11,824 bases of DNA from Candidatus Heimdallarchaeota archaeon (GTDB lineage Archaea > Asgardarchaeota > Heimdallarchaeia > Heimdallarchaeales > Heimdallarchaeaceae), in the NCBI GenBank assembly GCA_019057375.1, contig DXJF01000124.1, positions 1 to 11,824 on the forward strand, in the 5' to 3' direction. Below the pieces are notes generated by a model. That model worked only from the letters and a program-made list of their open reading frames with translations, was not told where the DNA came from and searched no databases. This document shows positions 7,832 through 11,824 of the stretch, in pieces. A program made the position numbers and the translations under genes. Every line of letters begins with the position of its first letter. Positions within the stretch are counted from its first letter, which is position 1.

Positions 7832-8293
7832 TTATTTTTTTGTTTTAAGAGCTGATTGAATAGTACGTTGAATCCACTCTTCTATATTTGGATCCGCTTC
7901 CAGTTCATAACAAAAGTCCCAATGTTCTCCAACTATCAACCCCATTAGAGCAATTTTTTTGAACTTTCTTGGTTTATTTTCAAGAGTTATGAAAAGAAAA
8001 AGTAATTTTGCAGCTTTTAGTTTTAGTTTTTCCTTGTCTAATGAATAATCTAGAAGCACTTCATCGTCTTGTAAAGTAATGGCGACTTCCTCAGCAGCTG
8101 TATTAACTGAAGCAAATTTAGTAAGAGCTAAAAGTGAATAATTTCTCACCCAATCAATCCTTGAAGAGGTTTGAGCATGCCCAAAGAGAGAAGTTAAGCA
8201 GCCGTTTTTTATTAGATCTTGAAGTGCATCCCGTCTAGCTGAATCTCCTAAAGAAGGTGTAGATATGATTTTATCAAACGTACTGCAATCCAT
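7832..8293 (-). CDS. Hypothetical helical protein with a HEAT/ARM-like segment, 153 aa
   Basis: ATG-initiated ORF with a TATA-like box 22 nt upstream. DSARRDALQDL and DWVRNYSLLALTKF resemble HEAT-repeat helices (weak). Confidence 0.65.
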   Translation of the reverse strand: MDCSTFDKIISTPSLGDSARRDALQDLIKNGCLTSLFGHAQTSSRIDWVRNYSLLALTKFASVNTAAEEVAITLQDDEVLLDYSLDKEKLKLKAAKLLFLFITLENKPRKFKKIALMGLIVGEHWDFCYELEADPNIEEWIQRTIQSALKTKK

Positions 8294-8315
8294 TAAAATA
8301 ATATTGCCTTCCTTT

Positions 8316-8330
8316 TAAATAAACTTTGAG
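8316..8330 (-). promoter_or_regulatory. BRE-TATA promoter candidate of the 153-aa gene
   Basis: On the minus strand, CTCAAAG precedes TTTATTTA (8323-8316), with 22 nt to the ATG at 8293. Confidence 0.45.
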
Positions 8331-8500
8331 AAAAGGTTGATTGATGATGAGTTTTTGTCATGTTGGCATCTTAACCAGACAAGGTTGAGCTTGTTTTATA
8401 GACGATGTGTGTGTCATTCCTGGTGGGTCTACGCACACTCTACGTGGGTACATCACGTACCCTCCTACCCCGTTCACTCCTCTTGTAGGAAGAGCTTCCG
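8317..8500 (-). ncRNA. Putative TnpB omega-RNA (right-end RNA plus flanking guide); boundaries approximate
   Basis: GC-rich hairpins overlap the 3' end of tnpB (GGGTAC-GTGAT-GTACCC at 8462-8446; CTCTT-CCTAC-AAGAG at 8494-8480), followed by TCAA tetranucleotides at 8344-8341 and 8340-8337. TnpB omega-RNAs are known to overlap the tnpB 3' end and extend past the right end. Confidence 0.45.
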
Positions 8501-9668
8501 GATCGCTTTTAACTAGAATATTATACGCAGCATTAACATCAGCATTGATTTTATAACCTTGAGCAGAGGTAAACAGACCTCGAGGGGAACGCTTACCAGC
8601 ATACTTTACTCTCTTTTGAGGAAATTCATTATCGAGGAAACTACTCTTAGAGGGATAATTTTCAGGGACAAGTTCGACCTGTATTCCACACTCTTCTCCC
8701 TTATACTTCAGTTGGTTGATGATCTTCAAGAAAGGGATTGTCACAAACATCTGAGTAACTTTTTTCCCTAAATTTACTTGTTGTTTCCAATTAGGGTTAT
8801 AACCGATAACTACTTCATGTAAATTTCGATCTACCCATAAATCTACTAAATACTTGGTCAGATGATGCAGGGCATTCTTGAGTTTCTTGCGGTATCGCTC
8901 CCGAGAACGATAATAGCTTTGCCCATAGACTAACCTTTGCTGCTTTTTCAAATTCTTCTTCTGCTGTTGCACATACTTTTCTCTTAATTGTTTTTGTTTT
9001 TTCATATTATATTGGATGATACTTTTGATTCCTTTTCCGTGATCCTTGATAACAATTGGTTGATTGCCAAGGTTATCCACAAAGGTCACGAGATTGACAC
9101 CCCCTAAATCGATAGCTCCTTTGCGTTTAGCGTTCTTCTTGATATCTGGTATGGTTTTGAGATAAACCAGTTCGATGGTATACCCCACTCGTCTAGGGAT
9201 GATTCTCACCTCTCGCAGTTTGGTGCTAACAGTTAATCTAGTCTTGTAATAATATCCCACTTTTTTGGGTAACACTAACCACCCATTCCTAATCCTAGCT
9301 TGTTGATTAGAAAAGATAGCTACCACTTCTCCATCCTTTGGTTTGTAGTTGGGAGGCCGAGGTATAGAGAAGAATAAGTTGGGATTCTTCTTCCACTCCT
9401 TGAGCGCTTGAAAGTAAGCTTTCCAATTCCTACAGAGGAGTTTGAGGGTGTGTTGAGCAGTGTGAGCTGGAAGAACTCTGTAACACTGTTCCATTCTGAG
9501 AAAGGTGTTAAGGTCATAATAACCCAGGAGTTTATTCTGCTTCTTGAGAGAGGTTTTGATCAGATAGTTCGCTCGATTATAAAGGTTCTTTACTTGATGG
9601 CACAGCTTGCTCAAAGTAGGGTGGAAGGGTAGCTCTATACACTCCACTCGCAAGACTTGCGTCATCAC
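8358..9668 (-). CDS. tnpB: RNA-guided endonuclease TnpB (IS200/IS605 OrfB)
   Basis: N-terminal LCHQVKNLYNRANY, PRPPNYK, LREVRIIPR, RuvC-I GAIDLG (D187), RuvC-II VVIGYN, VPENYPSK (E336) and RuvC-III INADVNAAYNI (D377). Likely start is ATG 9665, the second codon after GTG. Confidence 0.93.
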   Translation of the reverse strand: MMTQVLRVECIELPFHPTLSKLCHQVKNLYNRANYLIKTSLKKQNKLLGYYDLNTFLRMEQCYRVLPAHTAQHTLKLLCRNWKAYFQALKEWKKNPNLFFSIPRPPNYKPKDGEVVAIFSNQQARIRNGWLVLPKKVGYYYKTRLTVSTKLREVRIIPRRVGYTIELVYLKTIPDIKKNAKRKGAIDLGGVNLVTFVDNLGNQPIVIKDHGKGIKSIIQYNMKKQKQLREKYVQQQKKNLKKQQRLVYGQSYYRSRERYRKKLKNALHHLTKYLVDLWVDRNLHEVVIGYNPNWKQQVNLGKKVTQMFVTIPFLKIINQLKYKGEECGIQVELVPENYPSKSSFLDNEFPQKRVKYAGKRSPRGLFTSAQGYKINADVNAAYNILVKSDPEALPTRGVNGVGGYVMYPRRVCVDPPGMTHTSSIKQAQPCLVKMPT

Positions 9669-9686
9669 AGATTCATTAATATTTTC

Positions 9687-9694
9687 CTATAAAA
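9687..9694 (-). promoter_or_regulatory. TATA box of tnpB
   Basis: On the minus strand, TTTTATAG lies 21 nt before ATG 9665. Confidence 0.5.
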
Positions 9695-9775
9695 GCCCCC
9701 GTAATATCTGATTTTCTTCATACATTCAAGTTGATTCTCTCTCCCTTTAACATGACTACATGACGATAAGTTATC

Positions 9776-9790
9776 ATAAAATTTTTTAAA
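9776..9790 (+). promoter_or_regulatory. BRE-TATA promoter of the YdjM-like gene
   Basis: ATAAAAT precedes TTTTTAAA (9783-9790), with 22 nt to ATG 9813. This supports 9813 rather than TTG 9801 as the start. Confidence 0.5.
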
Positions 9791-9812
9791 TATCATTTAA
9801 TTGAAGTGCATA

Positions 9813-10331
9813 ATGGATGCTGTTACTCATGGTAGCGTTTCTGTTCTAATTGGGCTGATATTTGTTCAATTCTATCAGGATATTCCTATTTGGTTACTTC
9901 TTATTGTTATGTTTGTTTTTGGAATTCTTGTAGACTACGACCATGTTTTTTACTATCGAAAAAATTTCAAAGGAATCAAAATTTGGAATATTCCAAAATT
10001 AATCAAAGTGTATTTCACAACACTTGATGAAAGAGATGATTTCATTTATCATACTTGGTTACATGAACCCTTTGGAGTGTTAGTTGTGGGGGGAATAAGT
10101 TATCTTATATTTGGGATAAAAGGACCATACCCTGAACTAGCAATTCTTGCTTCTTGTTGCTATTTAGGGCATTTTCTGTTGGACTTGTTGTCTGGTAAAA
10201 TGAAACCTTTAGCTCCATTTTACCCTAAATTCACAATTGATCTGAGAATTCTTCCCGCAAGCTCATTTACAGCAGCGTCAATTACTCTTACCGCATTTTT
10301 GATAGGATTATTAGTATATATTTTCACTTAA
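9813..10331 (+). CDS. YdjM-like membrane-bound putative metal-dependent hydrolase
   Basis: About 4-5 TM segments with spaced His/Asp motifs: MDAVTH, LVDYDH, HTWLHEP and GHFLLDLL. The MDxxTH start is typical of the family. Confidence 0.82.
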   Translation: MDAVTHGSVSVLIGLIFVQFYQDIPIWLLLIVMFVFGILVDYDHVFYYRKNFKGIKIWNIPKLIKVYFTTLDERDDFIYHTWLHEPFGVLVVGGISYLIFGIKGPYPELAILASCCYLGHFLLDLLSGKMKPLAPFYPKFTIDLRILPASSFTAASITLTAFLIGLLVYIFT

Positions 10332-10382
10332 ATTCAGTTTTCTCTAGATAAATTTTTGAATTCTTAGCCAATTGTACAATTA

Positions 10383-11824
10383 ATGTCTTCAGATATTGTT
10401 GGAAAAATTCCATTTTGGTTGGTAAAATTCGCAATAAATAATGTCTTCAGAAAGAAAATGTTAGAGTATAATAAGGTGGTTTTGCCTAAAGATGAATCAA
10501 AATGGAAAAAAATGAATAATATGGTTTCCAGTAAAGCTCGTAAATATGATTTTGAGGCATCCTTAGAGGATGGGGAATTGCAGATCAAATCTGTAGCTAA
10601 TGGAATTATAAATATTCGAATTTCTAAGAATTTATCAGATATTCCACAAACTGATGCAATTATACTTGAAAGTAAAAACCCTCCAGCTTTAGTAACAACG
10701 GAAGAGAAAGAGAAAATTACAATTAGCCAGGAATCAGGATCAATTGTATTTCTTGTTACCGAGATAAACAAGGAAAAAGGCCAAATTATCTTTAAAGATG
10801 GATTTGGATTTCAAATATTTACTGAAGAATTTCCTAGTTATCATAAAGAAGACTGGTATAAGATAGAAAAATTACCAGAAGTTGGATGTGAGAATTATTA
10901 TGGATTTGGGGAAAAAGGAGGACCACTAGATAAGAAGGGTGAGACAATTTCCTTCTGGAATACTGATTCGTTTTCATATAACACAGATGATTCAAAATTA
11001 TATCAATCTCAACCTGTGCAAATAGTAGTTCGATCAAACGGATTCTGCTATGCCCTTGTATTTGATAATCCAAATCGTAGTCAAATCAAGATAGGTGATG
11101 ATGATGATTGTTTAACAAAATACTATGTTAATGGGGGGGGAATCAATTATTATCTTATTGTTGGTCCAACAGTAAATAAAGTGTTTTCAAAATTAGCTGA
11201 TCTTCTCGGTAAAGCTCCATTTCCTCCAATTTCTGCTCTCGGTCACCATCAAAGCCGTTGGTCATATTATCCAGAATCAGAAGTAAGAAAACTAGCTTCA
11301 GAATTTCGAAACAGAAATATCCCATGTGATTACATACATTTGGATATCGACTACATGAATGAATACCGAATTTTTACTTGGAATAAAACTCATTTTCCTA
11401 ATTCTAAGAAATTATCAAAAGATCTTCTGGAACAAGGTTTTCGTTTAATGGCCATGACAGATCCAGGAGTTAAAGTAGATCCTAAATATAAAATTTACAA
11501 AGAAGGAATTAAAGAAGGTCATTTTTGCTTAAATCCCGATGGTACGGTATTTATTGGTCCAGTATGGCCTGGTGATTGTCATTTTCCTGACTTTACTCAG
11601 ATAAAAACTCGTGAATGGTTTGGTAGTCACTTTTCTGCTCTAACAAATGTAGGTATTAGTGGTTTTTGGATTGATATGAACGATCCTTCTCTTTTTAACG
11701 AAAAAGGAACAATAGATGATGATGTTATACATCCAAATGAAGGTAACCCTCGTTTACACAAAGAGGTGCATAACGAGTATGGTCATTTAATGGCAAAAGC
11801 TGCTTATGAAGGATTAGAAGAACT
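10383..11824 (+). CDS. Glycoside hydrolase family 31 (alpha-glucosidase-like), partial, runs off the right edge
   Basis: Manual translation from ATG 10383 (MSSDIVGKIPFW...) is open to the window end. Motifs include YYGFGEK, FWNTD, LYQS, ALGHHQSRWSY, IPCDYIHLDIDY, FTW, DPGV, GPVWPG, FPDFT, catalytic GFWIDMNDPS (nucleophile Asp431 at 11673-11675) and HNEYG. Absent from the ORF track. Confidence 0.95.
   Translation, partial: MSSDIVGKIPFWLVKFAINNVFRKKMLEYNKVVLPKDESKWKKMNNMVSSKARKYDFEASLEDGELQIKSVANGIINIRISKNLSDIPQTDAIILESKNPPALVTTEEKEKITISQESGSIVFLVTEINKEKGQIIFKDGFGFQIFTEEFPSYHKEDWYKIEKLPEVGCENYYGFGEKGGPLDKKGETISFWNTDSFSYNTDDSKLYQSQPVQIVVRSNGFCYALVFDNPNRSQIKIGDDDDCLTKYYVNGGGINYYLIVGPTVNKVFSKLADLLGKAPFPPISALGHHQSRWSYYPESEVRKLASEFRNRNIPCDYIHLDIDYMNEYRIFTWNKTHFPNSKKLSKDLLEQGFRLMAMTDPGVKVDPKYKIYKEGIKEGHFCLNPDGTVFIGPVWPGDCHFPDFTQIKTREWFGSHFSALTNVGISGFWIDMNDPSLFNEKGTIDDDVIHPNEGNPRLHKEVHNEYGHLMAKAAYEGLEE

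Larger units (their letters stand above)
8337..9775 (-). mobile_element. IS200/IS605-family, IS1341-like (tnpB-only) element; ends approximate
   Basis: Contains tnpB with its own TATA box. No tnpA (HUH) or serine recombinase ORF fits the short flanks. The right end is probably at a TCAA at 8341 or 8337; the left end lies somewhere in ~9700-9775. Confidence 0.6.

Noticed and set aside
8559-9632. ORFs 8559..8771, 9320..9517 and 9408..9632 as a possible tnpA or accessory gene
   Set aside because: All are nested in tnpB, and none has an HUH (HxH) plus catalytic Tyr or a serine-recombinase motif.
8358-9668. Interpreting the TnpB as nuclease-dead (TldR-like) because of VVIGYN
   Set aside because: Both catalytic Asp residues are present and an alternative Glu (E336) matches the known rearranged site. 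Also, no Cas genes or CRISPR array were seen, so it is not called Cas12.
10381-10451. 13-nt direct repeat TAATGTCTTCAGA at 10381-10393 and 10439-10451; the second copy opens a 7-codon out-of-frame ORF
   Set aside because: Only two copies in AT-rich sequence, one inside coding DNA. It is not CRISPR-like and could arise by chance.
10364-11073. Minus-strand ORFs 10364..10771 and 10834..11073
   Set aside because: Antisense shadows of the GH31 gene that the ORF track missed.
1-11824. rRNA, tRNA, CRISPR arrays, integrases or defence operons
   Set aside because: No supporting sequence patterns were seen, and the intergenic gaps are short and largely explained by promoters and T-tracts.

Overview
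AT-rich, gene-dense window that looks archaeal. TATA-like boxes sit about 20-23 nt upstream of most start codons and oligo-T tracts follow stops. An Asgard-type host is plausible, but that is inference only. Left to right it encodes: a 3'-truncated membrane-anchored DUF3160-like protein (missed by the ORF track), an alpha/beta-hydrolase esterase, a CxxC-less thioredoxin-reductase-fold flavoprotein (probably a ferredoxin-NADP+ reductase), a class I SAM methyltransferase, a CTP-dependent polyprenol/dolichol kinase-like membrane protein, a COG1751 pyruvate-kinase-C-like protein, a 135-aa orphan, an 877/885-aa fusion of a secreted ectodomain to a MOP/Wzx-type flippase, a 153-aa HEAT-like orphan, a stand-alone IS200/IS605-family tnpB with a rearranged RuvC site and a putative omega-RNA, a YdjM-like membrane metallohydrolase, and a 3'-truncated GH31 glycosidase (also missed by the ORF track). 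The most interesting items are the ectodomain-flippase fusion, the tnpB element between two back-to-back promoters with a predicted guide covering the neighbour's promoter, and a loose grouping of lipid-carrier and glycan-handling genes. Family assignments come from motif recognition by eye; no searches were run.
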